From positions 500 through 64,499 of the forward strand of contig CALXZI010000002.1 in the NCBI GenBank assembly GCA_944393205.1: a DNA stretch of 64,000 bases, given 5' to 3'. Shown here in pieces: positions 18,905 through 28,553 of the stretch; the stretch's first letter is position 1, and every line of letters begins with the position of its first letter. The position numbers and the translations under genes are program-made. Under the pieces are notes generated by a model, which was not told where the DNA came from, did not search any database, and worked only from the letters and a program-made list of their open reading frames with translations. Source of the DNA: an uncultured Alphaproteobacteria bacterium (GTDB taxonomy: Bacteria; Pseudomonadota; Alphaproteobacteria; RF32; CAG-239).

Positions 18905-21721
18905 ATGGAAGAAAACGAAATTGCCGGCGTGCCGACCGCGGCCGAGAACATTACCCCGACCATGATTACCGAGGAAATGCGCCGCTCATATCTTGATTAT
19001 GCCATGAGCGTGATTGTTTCCCGTGCGTTGCCGGATGTTCGCGACGGCTTAAAACCGGTGCATCGCCGTATTATTTATGCGATGTATGAAAACGGCTATG
19101 ACTGCACCAAACCTTATCGCAAATCTGCCCGTATCGTCGGCGAGGTTTTGGGTAAATACCACCCGCACGGCGACAGCTCGGTTTATGAGGCTATGGTGCG
19201 CATGGCGCAACCGTTTTCCATGCGTCTGCCGCTGATAGACGGGCAGGGCAACTTCGGTTCCATGGACGGCGACGGCGCCGCGGCTATGCGTTATACCGAA
19301 GCCAGACTTGCCAAGGTCGCCCACAAGCTGATTGAAGACATTGAGTACGACACGGTTGACTTTATGCCCAACTATGATGAAAGCGTGCAGGAACCGACGG
19401 TTTTGCCGGCGCGTTTTCCGAATTTGCTGGTCAACGGTTCCAACGGTATCGCCGTCGGTATGGCAACCAACATGCCGCCGCACAACTTGGGCGAAGTGAT
19501 TGATGCCTGCTGCGCTTATATTGATAATCCTGACATCACGCCCGATGAGCTGGTCAATATCGTTCCGGGGCCTGATTTCCCGACCGGTGGTTTGATTTTG
19601 GGTCAAGGCGGCGCCAAATCGGCTTATCTGACCGGCCGCGGCTCGGTGATGATGCGCGCCAAATGCACGATTGAAGAAATCCGCAAAGACAAAGAAGCCA
19701 TCATCGTCCATGAGATTCCGTATCAAGTCAACAAAGCCGCGCTTGTTACCCGCATTGCCGAGCTGGTTAAAGAAAAACGGGTGGACGGCATCTCCGACAT
19801 CCGCGACGAGTCCGACCGTCAGGGCGTGCGCGTGGTGATTGAAATCAAAAAAGATTTTCAAGCCGATGTGGTGTTAAATCAGCTTTATAAATACACACCG
19901 TTGCAAACGAGTTTCGGCATGAATATGTTGGCGATTAATCACGGCCGCCCGATGATGATGACCTTAAAGGAAATCATTGCCGCGTTTGTGGAGTTTCGTG
20001 AAGAGGTGATTCGTCGCCGCACGATTTATAAATTAAACAAAGCCCGCGACCGCGCCCATGTGTTGGTTGGTTTGGCGATTGCGGTTGAAAACCTTGATCC
20101 GGTGATAGAATTAATCCGCACCGCGCCCAGCCCGCAGGAGGCTAAAGACGCGCTGCTTGCCAGAGCGTGGCCAGCCGGCGATGTTGAAGCTTTGGTCAAA
20201 CTGATTGACGAACCGGATCGCAAGGTGGAAAACGGAGTTTATCGTTTGTCTGAAGATCAGGCTAAAGCGATTTTGGATTTGAAACTGCAGCGTTTGACCG
20301 GTTTGGAGCGTGAAAAAATCCATGAAGAATTAACCGGCCTCGGCGAAGATATTAAAGAATATCTTTCCATTTTAGCCTCGCGTGAAAAACTTTACGGCAT
20401 CATGCGCGATGAGTTGGTTGAAGTCAAAGATGAATACGCCACCCCGCGTTTGACTAAAATTGAAGACATTGAATATGACACCGATGTTGAATCGCTTATC
20501 CAGCGTGAAGAAATGGTGGTAACCGTTACCGAAGCCGGCTATATCAAACGCGTGCCGCTCAACGCCTATAAAGCGCAAAAACGCGGCGGCAAGGGAAAAT
20601 CCGGCATGGCAACCAAGGAAGAAGACTTTGTTACCCGTTTGTTTGTGGCCTCAACCCACACGCCGGTATTGTTCTTCTCTTCCAAGGGTTTGGTTTATAA
20701 GATGAAAGTTTATAAATTGCCATTGGGGTCGCCGACCTCCAAAGGCAAGCCGTTTATCAACCTGTTGCCGCTTGATGAGGGCGAGAACATCACCGCCATA
20801 ATGAAGTTGCCGGAAAACGAAGCAGATTGCCGCGATTTGTCAATCATGTTTGCCACGGCTCAAGGCAATGTCCGCCGCAACTCGCTGATGGATTTTGTTA
20901 ATGTCCAATCCAACGGCAAAATCGCCATGAAACTTGACGAGGGCGACAAACTGGTCAATGTGATGCTCTGCACCGAAGCCAACGATGTGATGTTGGCAGC
21001 CAAGAGCGGCAAGTGCATACGTTTCCCCGTAACCGAGGTTCGCGTGTTTGTCGGCCGCAACTCCACCGGTGTGCGCGGTATCAAGCTGGCAGAAGGCGAC
21101 GAGGTGATTTCCATGTCAATGTTGAAACATACGGATGCCACCTCCGAACAGCGTGATGAATACTTAAAAGTTTCTTCCGCCTTGAAACATATGCAGACCG
21201 AAACCGGCGACGATGTGACGATTTCGCCCGAACAAACCGGTCTCCTTTCGGTTTTGAATGTTGAACAGTTTAAGGCGATGCAGGAAAATGAAGAGTTTAT
21301 TTTAACCGTTACTTCTTCAGGTTACGGCAAACGGTCGTCGTCATACGAATATCGTGTAACCGGCCGCGGCGGGCAGGGCATTGCCAACATGGAAATGTCA
21401 GCGCGCAACAAAGAAGTGGTCAGCTCGTTCCCGATTGAAAACGATAATCAGATTATGATGGTTACCGACGGCGGCAAACTCATCCGTATGCCGGTGGAAG
21501 ACATCCGCATTGCCGGCCGCAAAACCCAAGGGGTGATTTTGTTCCGCACCGCCGAGGACGAACGCGTGGTTTCAGTTACCTGGCTCAATGCCGATGAAGG
21601 CGATGACGAGGAGTTGGAAGAAGAAACCGGTTCTGAAGTTTTAGGCGAAAGCGCCGCCGATGTGGACGAAGCCGCGGTTGACACGGTTAACGAACCGGAA
21701 ACCACGCCGGAAGATGAATAA
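18905..21721 (+). CDS. gyrA: DNA gyrase subunit A
   Basis: Start at ATG 18905 (GAGGAAAA upstream). QRDR-region motif AAMRYTE, the GyrA-box region, an acidic C-terminal tail. Confidence 0.95.
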   Translation: MEENEIAGVPTAAENITPTMITEEMRRSYLDYAMSVIVSRALPDVRDGLKPVHRRIIYAMYENGYDCTKPYRKSARIVGEVLGKYHPHGDSSVYEAMVRMAQPFSMRLPLIDGQGNFGSMDGDGAAAMRYTEARLAKVAHKLIEDIEYDTVDFMPNYDESVQEPTVLPARFPNLLVNGSNGIAVGMATNMPPHNLGEVIDACCAYIDNPDITPDELVNIVPGPDFPTGGLILGQGGAKSAYLTGRGSVMMRAKCTIEEIRKDKEAIIVHEIPYQVNKAALVTRIAELVKEKRVDGISDIRDESDRQGVRVVIEIKKDFQADVVLNQLYKYTPLQTSFGMNMLAINHGRPMMMTLKEIIAAFVEFREEVIRRRTIYKLNKARDRAHVLVGLAIAVENLDPVIELIRTAPSPQEAKDALLARAWPAGDVEALVKLIDEPDRKVENGVYRLSEDQAKAILDLKLQRLTGLEREKIHEELTGLGEDIKEYLSILASREKLYGIMRDELVEVKDEYATPRLTKIEDIEYDTDVESLIQREEMVVTVTEAGYIKRVPLNAYKAQKRGGKGKSGMATKEEDFVTRLFVASTHTPVLFFSSKGLVYKMKVYKLPLGSPTSKGKPFINLLPLDEGENITAIMKLPENEADCRDLSIMFATAQGNVRRNSLMDFVNVQSNGKIAMKLDEGDKLVNVMLCTEANDVMLAAKSGKCIRFPVTEVRVFVGRNSTGVRGIKLAEGDEVISMSMLKHTDATSEQRDEYLKVSSALKHMQTETGDDVTISPEQTGLLSVLNVEQFKAMQENEEFILTVTSSGYGKRSSSYEYRVTGRGGQGIANMEMSARNKEVVSSFPIENDNQIMMVTDGGKLIRMPVEDIRIAGRKTQGVILFRTAEDERVVSVTWLNADEGDDEELEEETGSEVLGESAADVDEAAVDTVNEPETTPEDE

Positions 21722-21733
21722 TTCTGCTATGTT

Positions 21734-21770
21734 AAAGTTAAAGCCGTCTGAAAAAAAGCGGCTTTAACTT
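21734..21770. terminator. long hairpin between convergent gyrA and pilin gene (putative bidirectional terminator)
   Basis: 12-bp perfect stem aagttaaagccg / cggctttaactt with a 12-nt A-rich loop. No clear U-tract. Confidence 0.45.
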
Positions 21771-21791
21771 TATGACGGATAAAAAACAAAA

Positions 21792-22427
21792 TCATCCGCC
21801 GGTTTTATAGTTCCATAAAAACATAAATCTGCATGTGTCTGTACTGTCAGAACAATATGAACATAAATCATGCATTTGTGACAAAGTTAAGTTTTTCAGG
21901 CAGTAAGAAGATGTCCGGGTACAATAATTGTCACCATACACTCTGTTTCCTTGTGCATTGCCGTCTTCGGTACTTTTTCCGAATTGTGTCACCCAAAGCA
22001 TGCTGCTGCGAAGTTTTGCCATTTGGAACAAGTTGAGACAAATATCTGCAGCATTTTTATCAATATAAATTGTAAGTCCGAAATATTGTGGTCTTATGGG
22101 GGTGTCTTCAATATTGTGGTAAATACCGATTTGGTTGTCAAAAATATCATAAATATAACCGGGATGTTCCGGTTTTATCATTTCTTGTGGAATGGCACCG
22201 ATTTTCTGAAACAACTGCACAAGACTGAGAGAGGTAAAGTTTTCCCTATCCAATTCATCATTATAAAGTGTAACATAGTCTAATATGCTGCCGATTTGTT
22301 CGGTCTGCCTATTAAGCTTATATTTCATCATAGCCTTGGAATAGCCGGAAACAGCTCCGACACTTAAAATGCCGATGATAGCTAAAACACCCAGCATCTC
22401 AACCATGGAACGACCTTTTTCACGCAT
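21792..22427 (-). CDS. type IV pilin / pseudopilin-like protein, paralog A (211 aa)
   Basis: N-terminus MREKG|RSMVEMLGVLAIIGILSVGAVSGYSKAMMKYKL: short basic leader, Gly, Glu at +5, hydrophobic helix (class III signal). C-terminal Cys pairs. RBS AGGAG. Confidence 0.7.
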   Translation of the reverse strand: MREKGRSMVEMLGVLAIIGILSVGAVSGYSKAMMKYKLNRQTEQIGSILDYVTLYNDELDRENFTSLSLVQLFQKIGAIPQEMIKPEHPGYIYDIFDNQIGIYHNIEDTPIRPQYFGLTIYIDKNAADICLNLFQMAKLRSSMLWVTQFGKSTEDGNAQGNRVYGDNYCTRTSSYCLKNLTLSQMHDLCSYCSDSTDTCRFMFLWNYKTGG

Positions 22428-22470
22428 TGTTTTCTCCTAAAAAACAGCAAAAGTATCTATTTTCCCGATA

Positions 22471-22520
22471 TTCTAAACCGTTTTTTTTTTTTGCAATTTT
22501 AAAGAGTCTCGTGGGGATAA
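22471..22520 (-). promoter_or_regulatory. conserved 50-bp promoter/operator block upstream of pilin paralog A (identical copy at 49047-49096)
   Basis: 100% identical 50-mer containing a 12-nt homopolymer. In gene sense it ends with ...TTGCAAAAAAAAAAAACGGTT then TAGAAT (candidate -10), 43 nt before the start codon. Confidence 0.6.
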
Positions 22521-22688
22521 ATTTCTACTTATTTTTACTATCATACTGCCGAGGGTACTTTCCTTTTTTTCTATCGTCATGCCTCCGAGGTGTTGAAAAC
22601 ACCGAGGATAAGGCATCTCTTATCCATACTTGCGACAGGTGCTTGCCCTTGAGTGTTTGCGCACTTTTGAGCTCGTGAGTGTTTTATT

Positions 22689-22717
22689 ACAAAAAACCGC
22701 CGTATAAAGCGGCGGTT
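22689..22717 (-). terminator. rho-independent terminator of the 22722-23252 gene
   Basis: On the minus strand: aaccgccg ctttata cggcggtt followed by TTTTTT. Confidence 0.75.
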
Positions 22718-22721
22718 AAAT

Positions 22722-23252
22722 TTAAATTCCCCAATCAGGTTCACTTTCACGATGAGCATTGTGTTTGTACAGCCATAAAGCCAGCTTTTCACAATTATCC
22801 TGAAGTTTTTCATACATATCCGGATAATGCGAACAAAAATTTTCAAGATCGGCAATAAAACAAGCCAACTCTCTCTTGGTTTTGCAAATCGGTGCAAAAA
22901 ACAATAAGCTTTCTCCGGCAACGGCCACAACCACATTTTGCTTGGGAAAGATGTCCCCGATTTTAACCTTGTCCATTTCACGGGCATTGCGTCGCAACGA
23001 GGCAATCATATTATTGCCAAGATACAACACAGTATCAGGCAACAGCAAACTTTCACCATCGCGGGCGACGAGCTCATTTTCATGTGGACGGACAATCCCC
23101 CATGAAAATCCGGGAATCATGTCATCACCGCCTTTGGGAGTAACAACAAAAACGTCTGCGTTAATACGCAAAAAATTCAATAATCTTTTCATAATTGAGA
23201 AATAATTCATAACCGTGCTTTTACAAGTGGCATAAAAAGAAGCATCTGTCAA
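22722..23252 (-). CDS. hypothetical protein (176 aa)
   Basis: Complete ORF with its own terminator. No family recognised. Confidence 0.45.
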   Translation of the reverse strand: MTDASFYATCKSTVMNYFSIMKRLLNFLRINADVFVVTPKGGDDMIPGFSWGIVRPHENELVARDGESLLLPDTVLYLGNNMIASLRRNAREMDKVKIGDIFPKQNVVVAVAGESLLFFAPICKTKRELACFIADLENFCSHYPDMYEKLQDNCEKLALWLYKHNAHRESEPDWGI

Positions 23253-23325
23253 TTATAATCTCGGGCATTGCATTTTTATTGTGTTTTGTTTATTTTTGAT
23301 TATGATACGTCCAAAGGAAAAGAAT

Positions 23326-24912
23326 ATGATACGCATTCAAAACATCAAAGCGCCGCTGACGGCGGATTTGACGACTATAAAACAACTGGCGGCTGCCAAA
23401 ATGAATATTTCCGCAAAAGAAATTTTGGAATGTCGGCTGGTTAAAAAAGCCGTTGATGCCCGCCGTAAAAACGATATTCACTATGTCTGCACTGTCGCTT
23501 GCAGGCTTAAAAATGAGAAAAATATTTATTTTGACAAAGACATAGAGCCGGCGCCTGATGAAGAAGTTTATACTTTGCCGCGTAAGACGACTGCTTTGCC
23601 GCCGGTCGTCATCGGCACCGGTCCGGTGGGAATGTTGGCAGGTCTGGCTTTGACTGAAGCCGGTTTAAAACCGCTGCTTTTGGAACGCGGCCGCGATGTT
23701 GAACGGCGCAAAGCCGATGTGGATGCCTTTTGGCAGAGCGGAAATTTAGACATTGTTTCTAACGTGCAGTTCGGAGAGGGCGGCGCCGGCACGTTTTCCG
23801 ACGGCAAATTGGCAACCGGCATCAAAAAAGACCAATATACCCGCAAAGTATTGGAAGAATTTGTTGCTGCCGGTGCGCCGGAAGAAATTTTGTATCTCGC
23901 CAAACCGCACATCGGTACCGATAAACTGGTGAAAATGGTCAAAAATATCCGCCGCAAGATTGAAAATTTGGGTGGAAAATATTTATTTGAACACAAGGTG
24001 ACGGGTTTTGTGGTGCAAGATGATGTCTTAAAAGCCCTGAAGATAGAAAAACCCGATGGCACGCAAGATGAAATCGCCTGTGAAAAAGCGATTCTGGCCA
24101 TTGGCCACAGTGCGCGCGACACTTTTGAAATATTGTATCAACAAGGGGTTAAAATTGAACAAAAGCCTTTTGCCGTCGGCGCCAGAATAGAACACCGGCA
24201 AAGCCTGATTAACAAAGCCCAATATGGCAAAGAAAAAGTGGCGTTTTTGGGCGCGGCAGATTATAAACTGGCGGTTCATCTGCCAAACGGCCGCTCGGCA
24301 TATACTTTTTGCATGTGCCCAGGCGGTCGGGTGGTGGCGGCGGCTTCCGAAACGGGAAGGGTCGTCACCAACGGCATGAGCGCCTATGCCCGTGATGAAG
24401 AAAACGCCAATGCGGCACTGTTGGTCGGCGTCGGTACAGAAGATTTTGCTTCCAAACATCCTTTGGCAGGCATGTATTTTCAGCGCAAAATTGAGGAACG
24501 CGCGTTTGCTGTCGGCGGCGGAAATTATAATGCGCCGGCACAGTTGGTCGGTGATTTTTTGAACAACAGAAAAAGCAAACGCTTTGGCGAGGTCAAACCA
24601 TCATATCGTCCTGATGTTTCATTGAGCGCCATAAGCGAGGTTTTGCCGGAAAATATCACAGAAACATTGCGCGCCGCCATTGTGGAAATGGATAAAAAAT
24701 TGCATGGCTTTGCTACGCCCGATGCCGTGTTGACGGCGCCTGAAACCCGCAGTTCATCACCGATACGTATTGTTCGCGATGAAACCGGCCAAAGCAATCT
24801 GAAAGGGCTATATCCGTGTGGCGAGGGCGCCGGTTATGCCGGCGGCATTACTTCAGCCGCCGCCGACGGTTTAAAAACAGCCGAGGCTTTGGTCAAATCG
24901 TTAAAAGATTAA
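23326..24912 (+). CDS. FAD-dependent oxidoreductase (NAD(FAD)-utilising dehydrogenase, COG2509-like)
   Basis: Start at ATG 23326 (AAGGAAAAG upstream). Dinucleotide-binding motif VVIGTGPVGMLAGL and C-terminal GEGAGYAGG motif. Confidence 0.7.
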   Translation: MIRIQNIKAPLTADLTTIKQLAAAKMNISAKEILECRLVKKAVDARRKNDIHYVCTVACRLKNEKNIYFDKDIEPAPDEEVYTLPRKTTALPPVVIGTGPVGMLAGLALTEAGLKPLLLERGRDVERRKADVDAFWQSGNLDIVSNVQFGEGGAGTFSDGKLATGIKKDQYTRKVLEEFVAAGAPEEILYLAKPHIGTDKLVKMVKNIRRKIENLGGKYLFEHKVTGFVVQDDVLKALKIEKPDGTQDEIACEKAILAIGHSARDTFEILYQQGVKIEQKPFAVGARIEHRQSLINKAQYGKEKVAFLGAADYKLAVHLPNGRSAYTFCMCPGGRVVAAASETGRVVTNGMSAYARDEENANAALLVGVGTEDFASKHPLAGMYFQRKIEERAFAVGGGNYNAPAQLVGDFLNNRKSKRFGEVKPSYRPDVSLSAISEVLPENITETLRAAIVEMDKKLHGFATPDAVLTAPETRSSSPIRIVRDETGQSNLKGLYPCGEGAGYAGGITSAAADGLKTAEALVKSLKD

Positions 24913-25013
24913 ACACATTAAAGCTTATGGCATAACTTATTAAATGTGCTTGCAAAGCCAAACAAACGGGCTAAAATTCATCACATAAAAACTATGAAAA
25001 ACGGTAAAAACTG

Positions 25014-26372
25014 ATGACGGACCAAAACTTACTTTTTTATATTGTTTCAATATGTTGCGCGGCACTATTAATGTTGTGCATTAGCTTTGCGCTACTTTAT
25101 TTCAAACGTGCGCAAAAACTCCGTAATCTGGAATTGTTTAAGGCGCAGGCCGATGTTTTAAGCCAAGAAAAAGAGCGCGTCTTGGCGGAAGTTTCCGTCC
25201 GTTGTGAAAATCTGGCGGCCGAAAATGCCAAGCTTTTGGAAGAAAACACCAAAATAAAATCGGATATAGACAATCAAAAACGGTTTATGGAAGAAAAACT
25301 GGCTTATCTTGAGAAAAACAAAGAAGAATTAGCCTTAAAATTCCGCGACATTTCAAACGAGGTCATCAAAGCCCAAAACAGCCGTTTCGGCGAGGAACAG
25401 AAAAACGCGTTTAATTTGATGTTAAAGCCTTTCCAAGAACAAATGTCGGAGTTCAAAAACAAGGTTGAGAGCGTCCATCAGGACAGCTTGAAAAACAAAA
25501 GTTCGTTTGATGAGCAATTCAAAACGCTGCTGACCTTAAACCAAAATTTAAGCAAAGACGCTGAAAATTTGAGCGCCGCTTTGAAAGGAAATAAAAAAAT
25601 TCAAGGCAACTGGGGCGAGTTTCAGTTGGAGCGTATTTTGGAAATTTCCGGCTTGGAAGAACATATTAACTATGAAAAACAAGAAACTTTCCGCAATGAA
25701 GAAAATCAAATGCTGCGTCCGGACGTGATTATCAGGCTTCCCAACGAACGCAGCGTGATTATAGATTCCAAGGTTTCCTTAAATGATTACGTCAATTATG
25801 TGAATTGCGAAGATGAGGCGTTGCGTCAGGTGTATCTAAAAAAACACATCCAATGCATCAGAAGCCATATTGATGAATTGTCCGGCAAAGATTATCAAAA
25901 ACTTATCAAAAACAATGCGTTGGATTACGTGGTGATTTTTATTCCGATTGAAAGCGCTTATGTGGAGGCGGTCAAAGCCGATAACACGTTATATGATTAC
26001 GCTTATAAGAAAAACATCGCCATTACCACGCCGTCGTCGTTGCTGCCGATTTTGCGCACGATAGAAAACCTCTGGCAAATTGAAAATCAGAATAAAAACG
26101 TGGCGCGTATTGCCGAGTTGGGCGGTTCTCTTTATGATAAATTGTTTAATTTTACCGAAGATATGCAGCGTATTGATAAATCGCTTGACGCGGCGCGCAA
26201 AAATTATGATCAGGCCATGAAGAAACTTTCCACCGGCAAAGGAAACGCCTTGTCATTAGCGGCTCAACTCAAACAACGCGGCGCCAAAACCGGCAAAACG
26301 ATAGAATTGGAATATGATGAAGAAAACGAAATCAAAGAACTAACGGATATAAACGAGGTAGTCAATGACTAA
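25014..26372 (+). CDS. rmuC: DNA recombination protein RmuC
   Basis: N-terminal TM, long coiled-coil, then the conserved RmuC C-terminal domain (NWGEFQLERIL..., DYVVIFIPIESAY). Confidence 0.8.
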   Translation: MTDQNLLFYIVSICCAALLMLCISFALLYFKRAQKLRNLELFKAQADVLSQEKERVLAEVSVRCENLAAENAKLLEENTKIKSDIDNQKRFMEEKLAYLEKNKEELALKFRDISNEVIKAQNSRFGEEQKNAFNLMLKPFQEQMSEFKNKVESVHQDSLKNKSSFDEQFKTLLTLNQNLSKDAENLSAALKGNKKIQGNWGEFQLERILEISGLEEHINYEKQETFRNEENQMLRPDVIIRLPNERSVIIDSKVSLNDYVNYVNCEDEALRQVYLKKHIQCIRSHIDELSGKDYQKLIKNNALDYVVIFIPIESAYVEAVKADNTLYDYAYKKNIAITTPSSLLPILRTIENLWQIENQNKNVARIAELGGSLYDKLFNFTEDMQRIDKSLDAARKNYDQAMKKLSTGKGNALSLAAQLKQRGAKTGKTIELEYDEENEIKELTDINEVVND

Positions 26373-27453
26373 AAAAATCATCTTTACGGGCGGCGGTTCG
26401 GCTGGTCATGTAACGCTTAACTTAAATTTAATCCCGTTGTTTTTGGAACAAGGCTGGCAGGTACGTTATGTCGGCTCTTATCAGGGAATTGAAAAAGATT
26501 TAATTGCTAAATTGCCGAAAGTGACGTATTATCCGATATTCACCGGCAAATTGCGGCGTTATTTTTCATGGCAGAATTTTTGGGATATGCTCAAAATCCC
26601 GTTCGGAATTTTGCAGGCGGTTTGGATTGTGTTTAAGGAAAAACCGGATATTGTTTTTTCCAAAGGCGGGTTTGTTTCGTTTCCGGTGGTGGTAGCGGGA
26701 AAACTAAACGGCTGTCCGGTGGTGATGCATGAATCCGATGTTACCCCAGGGCTTGCCAACAAAATGTCTTTGCCGTTTGTCACCAAGTTTTTCACCACCT
26801 TTGAAGATACAATCAAATATGTCAAAGATAAGAAAAAAGTTGAATATATCGGACCGGTGCTTTCTGATAGATTATTAAACGGCGACAAAGCGCGTGCGTG
26901 CCGATTTTGCGGTTTTAAGGCCGATAAACCGATTGTCATGGTCATCGGCGGCAGTTTGGGCGCCAAAAGCTTAAATCAAGCCGTACGCGACAATTTGCCC
27001 GAATTGTTAAAGCATTATCAAATCATCCATATTTGTGGCAAGGGACAAATTGAAGAAAACGGTGATTGTGAGGGTTACAAGCAGTTTGAATATGTTGATG
27101 CCGAGCTTAAAGATTTTATGCAAGCTGCTGATGTTGTGGTTTCGCGTGCCGGTTCAAATTCCATTTTTGAGCTGTTGAGTTTAAACAAACCGATGGTTTT
27201 GGTGCCGTTGCCTACGGGGTCTAGCCGCGGCGAACAGATGCTGAATGCAAAGTCTTTTGAAGCACGCGGCTATTGCCAAATCATTGCCGATGAAAAATTA
27301 AGCGACGGTATGTTATTTTTAGATACGTTGGCGGAAGTTTATCAAAATCGCGAAAAATATGTTAAAAATATGAAAAACGGCGGATTTAAGGCAATAGACA
27401 ACAAAACTTTGGCGCAAAAAATACAAACATTTGCTGAAAATAAGGAACAATAA
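26365..27453 (+). CDS. murG: MurG-like glycosyltransferase (GT28), Bacilli/Staphylococcus-type
   Basis: Matches FTGGGSAGHV, YYPIFTGKLRRYFSWQN, FSKGGFVSFPVV, HESDVTPGLANK, GGSLGAKSLN, SRAGSNSIFELL and the LVPLP...SRGEQ..NA block. This closely mirrors remembered S. aureus/streptococcal MurG rather than proteobacterial MurG (from memory). Confidence 0.7.
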   Translation: MTKKIIFTGGGSAGHVTLNLNLIPLFLEQGWQVRYVGSYQGIEKDLIAKLPKVTYYPIFTGKLRRYFSWQNFWDMLKIPFGILQAVWIVFKEKPDIVFSKGGFVSFPVVVAGKLNGCPVVMHESDVTPGLANKMSLPFVTKFFTTFEDTIKYVKDKKKVEYIGPVLSDRLLNGDKARACRFCGFKADKPIVMVIGGSLGAKSLNQAVRDNLPELLKHYQIIHICGKGQIEENGDCEGYKQFEYVDAELKDFMQAADVVVSRAGSNSIFELLSLNKPMVLVPLPTGSSRGEQMLNAKSFEARGYCQIIADEKLSDGMLFLDTLAEVYQNREKYVKNMKNGGFKAIDNKTLAQKIQTFAENKEQ

Positions 27454-27454
27454 G

Positions 27455-28534
27455 ATGAAAGTATTGGTTGGATTAAGCGGGGGGGTTGATTCTGCGGCAA
27501 CGGCATATTTGTTAAAGAAAAACGGTTTTGAAGTTATCGGCGCCACCATGTCCATTTGGGATAAAAACACCGATTTCGGAATCAATCCAAAAAATAAAGG
27601 ATGTTTCAGCCCGCATCAGGAACAAGATATCGCCGAAGCCAAAAAAGTGGCTGAAAATCTGGATATTCCTTATTATGTTCTTGATTGCAGTAAAGAATAT
27701 AAAAGAATCGTTTTGGAAAATTTCAAAACAGAATATTTGGCTGGACGGACGCCAAACCCATGTGTGATTTGCAACTCAAGCATTAAGTTTGATGCATTGC
27801 CGCGAACGGCAGCTGCAAATGGTATAACCTTTGACAAATTTGCAACAGGCCATTATGCCCGCATCGGTCATGATAAAGAGAGTGGACGTTGGCAATTGTT
27901 CCGCGGTTTGGAAAAAAAACGCGATCAATCATATTTTTTGTATCGTCTGACGCAAGAACAATTAAGTAAAGCGGTTATGCCTCTCGGACGATATACCAAA
28001 AAAGAAGTACGCCTTTTTGCCGAAAAAGCAGGTCTTGATATTTATGATAAAAAAGACAGTCAGGATTTTTATTCAGGTGTCATAAATGATATTTTGCATA
28101 TGCCGCCGGAAAAGGGAAATTTTGTAACAAGAGACGGTAAAATTTTGGGCCGCCACGAGGGAATCTGGAATTATACCGTCGGTCAACGCCGAGGCATGGG
28201 GCTTTCGGCAGAAAAGCCCTTATATGTTTTGGAAATTCGCCGCGAAACCAACGAGGTTGTCGTTGGCTTTGAAGAAGAAGGGGGATGTAAGGGGTTGACG
28301 GCGGAAGGAATAAGTTGGCTTTCCGTGCCGAAAATTACGGAAGAAATGGATTTAACAGTCAAAGTTCGTTCTGCGCAAGATCCGTTTAAAGCGCATATTA
28401 TACCTCAAGCAGATGAAAGTCTCCGCATAGATTTTTTCACGCCGCAAAAAGCAGTTGCTCCCGGACAATCGGTTGTTTTATATGACGGCGATATGGTTTT
28501 AGGCGGCGGTTTTATTAAAGAAACTTTTGCTTAA
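27455..28534 (+). CDS. mnmA: tRNA-specific 2-thiouridylase MnmA
   Basis: Start at ATG 27455. PP-loop VGLSGGVDSA. Catalytic Cys residues in NPCVICNSSIKF. Confidence 0.9.
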   Translation: MKVLVGLSGGVDSAATAYLLKKNGFEVIGATMSIWDKNTDFGINPKNKGCFSPHQEQDIAEAKKVAENLDIPYYVLDCSKEYKRIVLENFKTEYLAGRTPNPCVICNSSIKFDALPRTAAANGITFDKFATGHYARIGHDKESGRWQLFRGLEKKRDQSYFLYRLTQEQLSKAVMPLGRYTKKEVRLFAEKAGLDIYDKKDSQDFYSGVINDILHMPPEKGNFVTRDGKILGRHEGIWNYTVGQRRGMGLSAEKPLYVLEIRRETNEVVVGFEEEGGCKGLTAEGISWLSVPKITEEMDLTVKVRSAQDPFKAHIIPQADESLRIDFFTPQKAVAPGQSVVLYDGDMVLGGGFIKETFA

Positions 28535-28553
28535 AGCACATAAGGCATCAGAC

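Noticed and set aside
19049-19861. 270-aa minus-strand ORF inside gyrA (and other antisense ORFs at 20026-20578, 20860-21141, 21448-21705)
   Set aside because: They lie fully antisense within a strongly supported gyrA reading frame and are Arg/His/Gly-rich. This is typical of spurious ORFs on the opposite strand of GC-richer genes.
22480-22500. Sigma-54 (-24/-12) promoter upstream of pilin genes
   Set aside because: No GG-N10-GC arrangement is found in the conserved block. A sigma-70-like TAGAAT -10 fits better.
22577-22612. Apparent inverted repeat cctccgaggtgttgaaaacaccgagg
   Set aside because: On inspection the arms are direct (ccgagg twice), not complementary, so there is no hairpin.
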